DNA of 50,669 nt from a virus, in IMG/VR virus record IMGVR_UViG_3300028831_000214, positions 1 to 50,669 of that record. One strand, written 5' to 3'. Numbering within the stretch: position 1 is the stretch's first letter; every line of letters begins with the position of its first letter. Below are positions 40,548-49,618 of this stretch, in pieces. The notes under the pieces were generated by a model that was given only the letters and a program-made list of their open reading frames with translations, searched no databases and had not been told where the DNA came from. A program made the translations under genes and the position numbers.

Positions 40548-40791
40548 CGATCAGTCCTCCTAGTGATGCAAGCAGCTCCCACGTTAGGCCCTGCACGTTG
40601 TCATTCGGGAATGTTCCCTGAACCAGCTTCTGGATGGCCGTCTGCTGGTCGATCTTGTCAGACTCCTGAAGAGCCTGAACACGGGTGTAGGGGATGTTCA
40701 CCATCATCTTGGCGCCAGCGAAGTACTGCGCTTCCACGGTGATGTGATCCCCAGTGCGTGTGGCGTTTGAAATGGTCACGAGCGGCATCAT
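40363..40791 (-). CDS. hypothetical protein; the last ~60 codons overlap the holin-like gene out of frame
   Basis: The first ~80 aa look protein-like. After LASLGG the frame runs on through the holin RBS with Arg/Gly-rich shadow-like sequence. Confidence 0.45.
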   Translation of the reverse strand: MMPLVTISNATRTGDHITVEAQYFAGAKMMVNIPYTRVQALQESDKIDQQTAIQKLVQGTFPNDNVQGLTWELLASLGGLIDGKVQQSADGATRRDSRGNPVGDRRAVGRQGDADRVAGNPGSADRQPRRRRVVARKPTHHG

Positions 40792-41498
40792 CGCCTCCAG
40801 ACCTGAAAGTTCACCGTGTGCGCCAATGCATCACCCCAGCGGATTTCGAAGCCCGATGCGGTTGAGGATTTGATGCAGTGGTAGAACGTTGCGTCGGCAC
40901 CCGTGATCGAGTACGTCAGCAGTGGTACTGCGGGGTAGGTCCAGTCGTAGTTCCAGATCACACCACCGAAGCCTGCGACAACGTCGATGGTGCCCATGTA
41001 CAGAGCGTTCCAGCTGGAGTACTGGTCGTCGCTCATCCACTTACCACGGAAGAGGAAGTGGTTCGGGTAGGAGCCGGACGCTGACAGTCCGATGTAGGTC
41101 TCCTCACCTGAAGCTGGCTGGTGAGAGAGGAACACGTACTCACGCGTCATCAGGAGCTTGCCGCCATCGCCAGCACCATCAGAGTCGCGGACTATGTAGG
41201 TCTGGAACGAGGTGTTACCGCTGCTGCCAGAGAACGCGACCGAACGTGCACGGACACTGTCGGTAGCGTCGGCAGCACGGAAGAGCATGCTCGGCTCTTC
41301 ACCATGTGTCAGCTTGATGCGTTCGTTGTCCTGCTCGTCCCGGATACTCAGGTCACCATTCCTGATGACGAGAGTACCGTTGTCGACCGAAGACGAGCCC
41401 AGACGACGTCCCGTCTCCATGACGCCAAGTCGACTGTTAACCGACTTGAGCATGTCCAGCAGATCGGGATTCTGCCGGTAAGTCTTGAGCCTGCTCAT
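40788..41498 (-). CDS. minor tail protein
   Basis: 236-aa ORF, ATGA coupling on both sides, within the tail module. Confidence 0.6.
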   Translation of the reverse strand: MSRLKTYRQNPDLLDMLKSVNSRLGVMETGRRLGSSSVDNGTLVIRNGDLSIRDEQDNERIKLTHGEEPSMLFRAADATDSVRARSVAFSGSSGNTSFQTYIVRDSDGAGDGGKLLMTREYVFLSHQPASGEETYIGLSASGSYPNHFLFRGKWMSDDQYSSWNALYMGTIDVVAGFGGVIWNYDWTYPAVPLLTYSITGADATFYHCIKSSTASGFEIRWGDALAHTVNFQVWRR

Positions 41499-42577
41499 TC
41501 AGCATCCTCCCCTTCGAAGGTCAGACGAACCTCTTCTGTTGCATCACTCGACGGTGGGGTGTACTCGTACTGCAGGATACGAGTTGGATGTACCAGACCT
41601 TGAGGGTGCATCGGGTCGTTGAATGCCAACTTGCAGTAGTCACCGATCACCCACTCGCTGAACTGCGGCGTGCGGTCTGCCTTCAGCTCCACAGTGTAGA
41701 CAGGCATTGGCGCCTTGCGTACTTGTGCCTGTACCTGCCCAAGTCCTTCGAGCTCGAGTTCGCTCTGGATGTCCTTGAGAGGTACATCCTGGTCTAGACG
41801 TATGAAGCCTGCGTCCAGCAGATCCTGGTGTACGATCTCGACCTGTGGCATCGAGTCGCCCTCACCAGCACCGATGGCATAGATGTTAGTACCCGAGCCA
41901 CCAAGTGTATCGTTCTGCCAGTAGTTCAGGATGTTACCAGGGTACTCGAACACTACGCTGGCATCATTCAAGGGCTGGCCTAGCGTCGGGTAACCTAGCT
42001 CGACGACCCAGCTGTACGCACCGGTCTGCTTGGTGACGCCTACACGCCACTCGAAACCGATATCGGTCACCGACAGGTTGTCGACTATCTCTCGGTAGCT
42101 GCGGAGCTCCGAGCCAGCGATGTCGTAGTTGATGGCGACGTCGGTTGCGAACGCTGCTGGCAAATCCCACTGCGGGGAGTTAGGATCCAGCATCATCAGC
42201 TCGAGTAGTGCCAGGAAGATGTTACGGCGATCGACACCAGTGAACGAGACGTCCTCGTCGATGAACCGCTTTGTCAGGTACTGGTCCATCGTCTTGGAGT
42301 ACAGCTGAGCCGTCTTCGCCTGGCTCTGGTAGGTCCGCGACCAGTTCAAGCCACCCCAGATGGGAACGCCATTGCGTTCCACAACGACGAAGGTCTTGCC
42401 TGGAATGGTCGCGGCTACCAGATCAGCGTTGTTCTTGCCTGTAGTGTCTAGAGCGAAGTTGCCCCGAAACTCGCCACCGTCGAGGCTGTCGTTGATGCTC
42501 ACACCGTAGCAAGGGATCTCCTCGATCACCTCGCCGGTGAGGACATCCCCGAAGATGTAGCGAATCTCAGAGCCCAT
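41495..42577 (-). CDS. Tal-like minor tail protein (siphovirus tail-tip N-terminal domain type)
   Basis: 360 aa. The N-terminus IFGDVLTGEVIEEIPCYGVSINDSLDGGEFRGNFALD resembles actinophage tail-tip proteins (memory). Confidence 0.55.
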   Translation of the reverse strand: MGSEIRYIFGDVLTGEVIEEIPCYGVSINDSLDGGEFRGNFALDTTGKNNADLVAATIPGKTFVVVERNGVPIWGGLNWSRTYQSQAKTAQLYSKTMDQYLTKRFIDEDVSFTGVDRRNIFLALLELMMLDPNSPQWDLPAAFATDVAINYDIAGSELRSYREIVDNLSVTDIGFEWRVGVTKQTGAYSWVVELGYPTLGQPLNDASVVFEYPGNILNYWQNDTLGGSGTNIYAIGAGEGDSMPQVEIVHQDLLDAGFIRLDQDVPLKDIQSELELEGLGQVQAQVRKAPMPVYTVELKADRTPQFSEWVIGDYCKLAFNDPMHPQGLVHPTRILQYEYTPPSSDATEEVRLTFEGEDAE

Positions 42578-42583
42578 GTCGCC

Positions 42584-43318
42584 CTACTTCTTGGTCTCGG
42601 TCGGGACCAGCTTCTCGAGCATGGCCTCGATCCGCAGCTGACGCTTGTAGCTGTCGGCGAAGTAGGCCAGGAAGTTCGACCCCTCCGGCAGACCACCCGG
42701 AAGACCGCCACCGTTGTAGTTCAGCGGGGCCGCCCCGACGAGCGCCTCGGCCGGCTTGCCCTCGGCGAAGGCCTTCGCCAGCGCGGTCTCGAACTCGGTC
42801 TGGTTGTCGATGAATCCCATGAAGTCCTCCACGAAGAGAGTGATGAACGGACGGGTGTCACGCTCACAGCTGGTCTCGTAGCGACCGGAGAAGTGGGCGT
42901 GGTTGGTGTGCGGGTCGTCGAGCGTGTACGGTTCCGGCTCGAAGTCGTTGTCGATGTGGTAGATCTTGCGGTCCCAGATGACGTACCGCAGACGGCACTT
43001 GTCATCCTTGCTGAGCCACTTCTTCTTCTCGCCCGCGATGATGTTCATCACGATGGCGTGGAAGCGCTGCTTCTGAGTGCCACTGCCCGGCCACGGACCC
43101 GACGAGTCGATGTCCAACGCGTGGACCTCGTTGTTGCTGTCGGCATCCTTACCACGCAGCTTGTCGCTGTCTTCGTCCGGCGTGTGGTCGGAGCCCGAGT
43201 CGTGCGAGCTGTCGCCGATCGTTCCGTCAGCACCCTTGTCACGATTGGGACTGATGTAGTTGACCTCGCTACGCAGCGCGAGCAGGCAGTCGATGGTTAC
43301 CCATGCACTCATGTTCAC
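42584..43318 (-). CDS. tail-module protein with His/Asp metal-site motifs (possible LAS/M15-like cell-wall peptidase)
   Basis: 244 aa. DGTIGDSSHDSGSDHTPDEDSD, EVHALDID and HTNHAH resemble the H-x6-7-D...HxH zinc peptidase layout (tentative). Confidence 0.4.
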   Translation of the reverse strand: MNMSAWVTIDCLLALRSEVNYISPNRDKGADGTIGDSSHDSGSDHTPDEDSDKLRGKDADSNNEVHALDIDSSGPWPGSGTQKQRFHAIVMNIIAGEKKKWLSKDDKCRLRYVIWDRKIYHIDNDFEPEPYTLDDPHTNHAHFSGRYETSCERDTRPFITLFVEDFMGFIDNQTEFETALAKAFAEGKPAEALVGAAPLNYNGGGLPGGLPEGSNFLAYFADSYKRQLRIEAMLEKLVPTETKK

Positions 43319-43321
43319 CTC

Positions 43322-44623
43322 CTAGATGTAGAGATCCAAGATGATCGCCCCGGGAGCAGCATCGGCCCCGAGTCGCTGTGATTCGCTAGGGTTGGTGGTT
43401 GAACCGCCACCACCGCCACCGTAGCCCTTACCGTTCTCACCGACAGCGCCACGACCTGGCGCACCGCCGGAGCCCATGAAGGACGAGCCGCCCATACCAC
43501 CGAGTGTCTGACCGGCAGCAGATCCGAGTCGCGATGCCATACCGCCACCCTGACCACCGATCTGAATGTCGCCGGTCATTGCCTGCGAGCCCTGAGCAGC
43601 AGCCGCAGTGAATGCGGTAGCACCCGTAACGACCGTCTGGCCGCCGACACCGCCGACAGCTGAGACGTGCGCACCGAAGGACGTCGTACCGCCCGAGCCA
43701 CCCGTACCGCCAGCCACGCCAGCACCGGCAGCACCAATGGTACAGGTCACAGATGCCGCCAAGGCTGAAGCATCGATGAAGGACTCAGCATACGAGCCTC
43801 CCTGACCGCCACCGCCTGCAGATACCTGACCCGCAGGGTTAGTCGCAGCACCGCCGCCAGCACCTCCGCCACCCTGGCAGCACACGCGGACCTTCTTCAG
43901 ACCCGGGTAGGTTGCCTTCGTGAACGACGATGTGGCAGTGATCACGAGGCGCTGGAAGAAGGACACACCACGAGGGTTCGTCCAGCTCGTACCGTTGTAG
44001 GACGCGAGGCCGTCGTACTGCATGTCGTAGACGACCATGCCCTCGATGGCCGGCGTAGGGTAGTCTGCCGAGCTACGGCAAACGATGATCCCGTAGGAGC
44101 TGTACGGACGAACGTCGGTGATGTTCGCCGTCAGGATCTGAGTGACCGCTGCAGCAACAGCCACCTGAGCCAGGATGATCGAGTTCGCCGGCGCAGCAGG
44201 CACCGTAGGCGAGCCGGCAGGAGTACCAGTCACAACGGCGAGCTGCCAAGCATTCGTCGCACCGCTGTAGGCCGAGTCCTGCACCTGTGCGACGATGATG
44301 TCGATACGTGGCAGAGACGCGTGAGCGGCAGAGATGATGAGGTTGGTAGTGCTCGGTGCAACACAGGTGTAGACCGCCTGCGTGGTACCCTCCGTGCCCG
44401 GCACAAAGGCAACACCCGTACCAACGTTCACCGACATGTTCGGCGAGCCATTCTGGGTGACAGCCATCACTGCACCTAGGTGAGGGTGAACGCCGCCCCT
44501 ATTGACGAGCGACGAAGCGATGCGAGGACCCGACAGACCGTTGTTGGCGGACTGCCGAGTGATCTCCGCGTTGTGCGTAGCCCCAGCGTTCTGCAGGAAG
44601 CCAGGGGGATTGTTTACTGCCAT
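43322..44623 (-). CDS. glycine-rich tail fibre / receptor-binding minor tail protein
   Basis: 433 aa. The N-terminal domain is typical of actinophage minor tail proteins. The C-terminal half is GGxGG-rich. Confidence 0.65.
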   Translation of the reverse strand: MAVNNPPGFLQNAGATHNAEITRQSANNGLSGPRIASSLVNRGGVHPHLGAVMAVTQNGSPNMSVNVGTGVAFVPGTEGTTQAVYTCVAPSTTNLIISAAHASLPRIDIIVAQVQDSAYSGATNAWQLAVVTGTPAGSPTVPAAPANSIILAQVAVAAAVTQILTANITDVRPYSSYGIIVCRSSADYPTPAIEGMVVYDMQYDGLASYNGTSWTNPRGVSFFQRLVITATSSFTKATYPGLKKVRVCCQGGGGAGGGAATNPAGQVSAGGGGQGGSYAESFIDASALAASVTCTIGAAGAGVAGGTGGSGGTTSFGAHVSAVGGVGGQTVVTGATAFTAAAAQGSQAMTGDIQIGGQGGGMASRLGSAAGQTLGGMGGSSFMGSGGAPGRGAVGENGKGYGGGGGGSTTNPSESQRLGADAAPGAIILDLYI

Positions 44624-44625
44624 GG

Positions 44626-45501
44626 TTACCTCCAGGCGTTCCGGTAGGTCACAGATGCTGCCGGGTTGCCAGTTGTGTCTGCGCGGTACTGAAGGAAGTT
44701 GTCTCCCGGATCAAGGTAGAACCAGTCCGCCTTGGTCATCGTACCTCTTCGTGAGGCAGTGCCGTTGAGCGTTACTGTCCTGTAGTAGCTATCGATCACC
44801 AGTGTGTCCGACGCTCCAAGGACGATGGAGAAGATCATCTCCTTGGACTGACCTGCATGGTAGATGCGAGGGTTAGTTACCGGTCCAGGGATGGTGATCG
44901 TTACGGGCGTTGGACGGTTGCCTGCATTGTACGCGTTCGTGGTGGTCGGGTCTACAGCAGCACCGAAGCCGAAGTCGAAGCCGAAGTTGAACCCGAAGCC
45001 AGTCATCGCACTGATGCCCTGGTTGATCGGGAGCGTCTGTGCAGTACTGTCGAAGATCATCGGGTTCTCTGCCTGACACATGAACTGGGCGTCCACGCTG
45101 CCAATGCGGCGGAGTTCGGCAATGTCGTACTTGACACCCAACGGCTTGACGAAGATCACTCGCTCGTCGATGTCCGGGTGCTGAAAGTAGAAGGGCTTCA
45201 GTAGTCGGCTAGGCGACCACTCTCCCTTCAGCTGATCCAGGAACGATTCCGTACCGACATGGTTGGTGATGATCTGGCCCTCGAGGACCAAGGTTCGCAT
45301 CTTCTCGAACTCGGCATCGATGAAGCCACCGTCCACGCCTTCGTGGTCACGCTCGGTCGTACGGAACTCGGGTGAGTCCAGACCCTTGACGCTCGTGATG
45401 TCCACGAAGGGCACAGTCATGTCATCCGGGTTGAGAACTGTACCCGTATCGCCTAGACGGTACTCGAAGTTGTTCATTACATCTGCCCTGCCAATTCCCA
45501 A
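44626..45501 (-). CDS. distal tail protein (Dit)
   Basis: 291 aa, immediately after the tape measure gene and overlapping it by 25 nt. Confidence 0.7.
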   Translation of the reverse strand: MGIGRADVMNNFEYRLGDTGTVLNPDDMTVPFVDITSVKGLDSPEFRTTERDHEGVDGGFIDAEFEKMRTLVLEGQIITNHVGTESFLDQLKGEWSPSRLLKPFYFQHPDIDERVIFVKPLGVKYDIAELRRIGSVDAQFMCQAENPMIFDSTAQTLPINQGISAMTGFGFNFGFDFGFGAAVDPTTTNAYNAGNRPTPVTITIPGPVTNPRIYHAGQSKEMIFSIVLGASDTLVIDSYYRTVTLNGTASRRGTMTKADWFYLDPGDNFLQYRADTTGNPAASVTYRNAWR

Positions 45502-48500
45502 CCCAGATCAGCGGACGTCTTGCGAGGATCGATCTCCTGCGTGTTGACAGTGATGTTGTTGTTGATGACCTTGTGTGGAGTTCCGTCGGCGTACGGCATT
45601 GCCGCGTACGGTCCATTGAGCGGTGCGGCAGGTGTAAACATGGAAGCCATCGCCATACGGTTCTTTGCAGCGTTCATGTCAGCCATGTACCCGTTGATGT
45701 AGCCGAGAGCGGTGTTGGAACCGAGTGCAGCAAACACCGTCGACGGCGAGTGGATACCCAACTGCTTCTTGATCGCTGCAACAAGGGCATTGGCGATGTT
45801 GGTCATCTCGGCCGTGATCTTCTTGATCTGGCTCGACAGACCATCCATCAGGCCCTTGGCAGCATCGATGCCCGCCTTGTACAGGCTGTCAGCGATCGTA
45901 CTTCCCATACTGCCAGAGATCTCACGGATCTGCTGCTGCACCGAACTGATCTGGTTCAGGTCCTGCTGGCTAGCATTGGCCAACGTGTGCGCGAGAGCAC
46001 CACCGGCTTCGACACCCTGCGTCGCAAGGTCCGCAATGGTCTGCTTGTCGAAGCCGCGAGCCTGAAGCTTCAGCAAGTCTGCCTGGAACGTCTTGAGTGC
46101 CATCAGGCGATCCTTCAGGCCTGCAGCGATACCTCCAGCGGTCTGCTTCTGCACATCGGTCAGGGTGGTCAGGTCGTTGGCGTCCTGAAGCGACTCAGCG
46201 ATCTTCTGCTGCAGGTCGTTACGTGCCTTGAGCTGGTCGTTGTAGGACTTGGTCGCGTCTGCCAAACGGTTCTGCAGCTTCGTACGCTTCGCATCGAGTG
46301 CCAGCAGCTTGCGCTCGTTCTTGTCGATCAGACGGTTCCACGCCTTACTGAGCTTTGCACGCTCCCTCTTGCTGATACCTGCACCGGCAATCGATCGCTG
46401 GATGTCACGCTTCAGAGCGAACATCGTGTCACGGATCTTCTTGGCATTGACCTTGACGCCCTCGATGAAGCCTCGGACGACGTTGGCACCGATGTCCTTG
46501 AAGTGACGTGACGGCGAGTGGATACCCAAAGCGTCCTTGGCAGCACCCAATGCAGCCTTAGCAAGGTTGGCCGCCTCAGCCGCAGCGGCACCAATCTTCT
46601 CGCGGATACCTGCGATCAGACCGTTAACAATATCCCGGCCAGCATTGATGAGCCAGGAGCTAGCACCCTTGAAGGCACCCTTGACGGAGTCGATCGCACT
46701 CTTTACTGTCGTCTTCACTGTCGCCATAGCGGACGAGGCCTTGCTACCCAGGTCCTTGAAGAAGCCGATGATCGCCTTGATGGCGGCAATGCCGATGTTG
46801 ATCTGAGTACGTACGTAGGTGTACGCGGTGCGGAAGATGTTCACCAGCGTACGCCCCATGACAACAGTAGCACGTGCCGACGCAGCCAGAGCTGCGATAA
46901 GAACACCTACGATGACGCCTGCAAGAGCTGCGCCGCCGATCATCATCTGTGCCAGGAACCTAATGACTGGGAGGATAGCATCCTTGTTCTGCTTGAACCA
47001 GTCAACGACATCAGAGATGGCAGGCACGAGGTAGTTCTGGATGGCATCTGCAGCCATCTTCAGTGCAGGCTGCAAGCTAGCAGCGAATACGGCTCCGGCC
47101 TGCTGGATGATCGGAACCAAGTTGGTCCTGCACCAGTCGATGAACTCCTTGGCTGCAGGGAGCACCTTCGTCTCGATGACGTTCCAGAGAGCAGTAAAGG
47201 CGGGACCCATTGTGGTACTGATCGCACTACCGACAGTACTCGCTGCAGTCTTTATTGCCCCCCAAAGTGCACCCAGCGTATCACCTATCGAGGATACGAC
47301 AGCACGGAAGGCTGCACTCTTCTGGTACGCAACGATGAAGGCCGCACCCAGCGCAGTGATTACCAGAATCACTCCGGCGACAATCGCTGCGACAGAAGCG
47401 AATGCAGCGATCATGGGAGCCAGTGCAGGGCCTGCGATGGTGATAACACCGAGCAGGCCGACGATGGCACCCAGTATGACAGTGATCACGCCGATCACAA
47501 TCGACAGTACCGCACCCCAGAGCAGGAACTGTGCAATGGTGTTCTTAGCACCTGGCGAGAGCTTGTTGAACCAGTCGAGGATCTGCTGCAGCTTACCCAC
47601 CAACATCGTGAACGTCGGCAGTAGTGCAGTACCGATACTGACCTTGAGTGTCATCCAGGCGTTCTTCAAGAGCTGCGTCTTAGCCGAGACGGAGTTTGCC
47701 ATCTCGTCATAAGCCTTCTGGAAGGCACCCTTGTCGGTAGCGAACTCCTTAATCTGATCCTGGAAGAGTTCCAGACCACCCTTGGTCAGCAGGATGCCCT
47801 GCAGGAAGCGGCGAGCCTCGATAGTAGAACCTGCGCCCTTAAGGACGTCGAGGATCTCTGCGACACGTTCCTTTGGTGGAAGACTATCCAGCTGCTTACG
47901 CCAGTCCGTCAACACATCCACGAGTGGCCTGAAGTTACCCTTAGCATCACGCGTCTTAACGCCGATCTCGGCCAGGGCCTTCTCAGTCTTGGGATTCGAC
48001 ATTGCATCGAATGCACGAGCGACCGCAGTACCACCTCGAGCAGCACTGACACCCATACGAGTGACAGTGGCGAGTGCTGCTGCCATCGTCTCGAAGGACT
48101 GTCCTGCACGGACAGCAGAAGGTGTGACCAGACCGATGCGCTGTGCCCACTCCTCGTAGGTACCGACACCCTCCTGGACCAGCTGGAACTGGATGTCCAA
48201 GACCTTGTTGACATCCTCGAAGGGAATCTTGTAGGCGTTCATCACACCAATGGTAGCGCGCGAGGCAGTCTGGATATCAGTCTGCCCTGCTACAGCCGCC
48301 TTGGAGAACGAACGCAGGAGTGCCTCAGCCTGTGGCAGGTTTGCCTCGGTCGAGGAGAAGACGTCGAACAGTGCCGTCTGAACCTCTTCGAATGGAACAG
48401 CGATGTCCTTGGCGACACGAAGGCCGATCTCACCGAGTTCCTTCAGGCTAGGCTTGAAGCGCTTGTCGACCTGCGTATAGGTCAGACGCACCTGCTTGTC

Positions 48501-48893
48501 CCAGTCGGACGCTGCCTGCACAGCGTCGCCCAGACCTGCAATGGTTGCAACGCCCAGACCGATCATTGCAACGCCGGCAATCTCCGTTATGCGTGCAACG
48601 TTCTGCATGGCATGACCGAGATTGTTCTGCCGCTTACGTACGTACTCGACCTTCTTGGCCTGGTCGTCGAGGGCCTTTGCCTCGTTGCGAAGAGCTGCGA
48701 CCTGTGCCTGCGTAGCACCAGCCTGTAGGGCTTGCGCAGCCATCTGACGTCGCTGTGCTGCCTGCGCACGGAGGCTAGCAGCTTCCGCTGCCGCCCCCGC
48801 CTTGCGCATCGACTGTGCTACGTTGTTGATCGCCCTGGAAGCATCTTCCTTGGTACGGATCAGTAGGAGGATATCCCTAACGCTTGCTGGCAC
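45477..48893 (-). CDS. tape measure protein
   Basis: 1138 aa, GTG start. Ala-rich helical repeats and a central multi-TM block. Follows the G/G-T chaperones. Confidence 0.95.
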   Translation of the reverse strand: MPASVRDILLLIRTKEDASRAINNVAQSMRKAGAAAEAASLRAQAAQRRQMAAQALQAGATQAQVAALRNEAKALDDQAKKVEYVRKRQNNLGHAMQNVARITEIAGVAMIGLGVATIAGLGDAVQAASDWDKQVRLTYTQVDKRFKPSLKELGEIGLRVAKDIAVPFEEVQTALFDVFSSTEANLPQAEALLRSFSKAAVAGQTDIQTASRATIGVMNAYKIPFEDVNKVLDIQFQLVQEGVGTYEEWAQRIGLVTPSAVRAGQSFETMAAALATVTRMGVSAARGGTAVARAFDAMSNPKTEKALAEIGVKTRDAKGNFRPLVDVLTDWRKQLDSLPPKERVAEILDVLKGAGSTIEARRFLQGILLTKGGLELFQDQIKEFATDKGAFQKAYDEMANSVSAKTQLLKNAWMTLKVSIGTALLPTFTMLVGKLQQILDWFNKLSPGAKNTIAQFLLWGAVLSIVIGVITVILGAIVGLLGVITIAGPALAPMIAAFASVAAIVAGVILVITALGAAFIVAYQKSAAFRAVVSSIGDTLGALWGAIKTAASTVGSAISTTMGPAFTALWNVIETKVLPAAKEFIDWCRTNLVPIIQQAGAVFAASLQPALKMAADAIQNYLVPAISDVVDWFKQNKDAILPVIRFLAQMMIGGAALAGVIVGVLIAALAASARATVVMGRTLVNIFRTAYTYVRTQINIGIAAIKAIIGFFKDLGSKASSAMATVKTTVKSAIDSVKGAFKGASSWLINAGRDIVNGLIAGIREKIGAAAAEAANLAKAALGAAKDALGIHSPSRHFKDIGANVVRGFIEGVKVNAKKIRDTMFALKRDIQRSIAGAGISKRERAKLSKAWNRLIDKNERKLLALDAKRTKLQNRLADATKSYNDQLKARNDLQQKIAESLQDANDLTTLTDVQKQTAGGIAAGLKDRLMALKTFQADLLKLQARGFDKQTIADLATQGVEAGGALAHTLANASQQDLNQISSVQQQIREISGSMGSTIADSLYKAGIDAAKGLMDGLSSQIKKITAEMTNIANALVAAIKKQLGIHSPSTVFAALGSNTALGYINGYMADMNAAKNRMAMASMFTPAAPLNGPYAAMPYADGTPHKVINNNITVNTQEIDPRKTSADLGWELAGQM

Positions 48894-49505
48894 GTTTCGC
48901 CTCCTTCTCCCGCTTCTCCGCGTCCCTGGATTCCTTCTCGTAGTGTGCGCCTTGAATCATTTCGAACACTACGTACAGCTTCCACGGCTGATCAAGCATT
49001 CCGCCCGGGTAGGGCAGCTGGTGGAACTCCTTACACATAGCGAACATGTTCAGGAGTTCCGTCAGCTCTGAGTCTTGACGATTCAGGACAATTGCGGCCC
49101 TGAACCGTCCCTTCAGTTTCCCTGCTCGTCCTCGTCGAACGAGTTGACGCGGTCGATGTAGGTGCCGACCTCCTCGCCGACCTGCGGGTTCAGCGACTTG
49201 ACGTGCTGCGGGTTCTTGAGGTCCAGCTTGTAGGTGCCCTTGCTCGGGTCCTTCGGGTCGTTGAAGCCCTCGAGGTTGTGGTCGACGACGAGATTGCCGA
49301 AGTCCCACAGGGTGATCTTCTCGGTCTCCATCGCCAGCTCGCCGGAGTAGTCCGACTTCTGGTCCTTGAGAATCTTCATGGCGCCGGTCAGGTTCGAACG
49401 CGCCATACGCTCGCCGTAGCTCATCTGACGGACGACGACGTAGCCCTCGGGGAGCGTCTTCAGCTCGAACCGCTCGGGCTCGTTGATGATGGTTGCGACT
49501 GGCAT
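48877..49505 (-). CDS. tail assembly chaperone G-T (-1 frameshift product)
   Basis: The G frame (49505 down to the slip site) joins ORF 48877-49308 in the -1 frame. The T part (ELLNMFAMCKEFHQLPYPGGMLDQP) looks protein-like only downstream of the slip site. Confidence 0.7.
49113..49505 (-). CDS. tail assembly chaperone G
   Basis: ATG 49505 follows AAGGAGAAC. 130 aa, acidic C-terminus. The in-frame upstream ATG 49607 would add a 34-aa hydrophobic extension. Confidence 0.75.
   Translation of the reverse strand: MPVATIINEPERFELKTLPEGYVVVRQMSYGERMARSNLTGAMKILKDQKSDYSGELAMETEKITLWDFGNLVVDHNLEGFNDPKDPSKGTYKLDLKNPQHVKSLNPQVGEEVGTYIDRVNSFDEDEQGN
49116..49122 (-). promoter_or_regulatory. -1 programmed ribosomal frameshift heptamer G_GGA_AAC
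   Basis: Minus strand reads cag GGA AAC tga. Slipping to GGG AAA continues into the T frame. The phase of ORF 48877-49308 was checked. Confidence 0.75.
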
Positions 49506-49618
49506 TGCTGTTCTCCTTCTGAACAGTAGTGGAAGTCCATCGATCAGGACTGCCAGGTAGAACGAACCAAATAGAAGGTATACGACGTCGACGATTGCCT
49601 CGATCATCTTCGTCCCTT

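Noticed and set aside
39286-40563. 425-aa plus-strand ORF antisense to the neprosin-like and holin-like genes
   Set aside because: It starts inside the bidirectional terminator and has an Arg/Val/Gly-rich translation. The opposite strand carries a signal peptide and TM features.
43322-44623. Diversity-generating retroelement target or collagen-like DNA repeat in the Gly-rich fibre gene
   Set aside because: There is no reverse transcriptase or template repeat in the genome. The Gly-rich region is a compositional feature common in actinophage minor tail proteins, not an exact DNA repeat.
45573-47712. Several 200-370-aa plus-strand ORFs inside the tape measure gene
   Set aside because: They are antisense to a 1138-aa ORF with typical tape-measure composition. 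Shadow ORFs.
49506-49607. N-terminal 34-aa hydrophobic extension of the tail chaperone (start at 49607)
   Set aside because: The ATG at 49505 has a much better RBS (AAGGAGAAC). However, 49607 lies directly after the GTTAAACAAGG element, as does the gene at 12407, so this start cannot be fully excluded.
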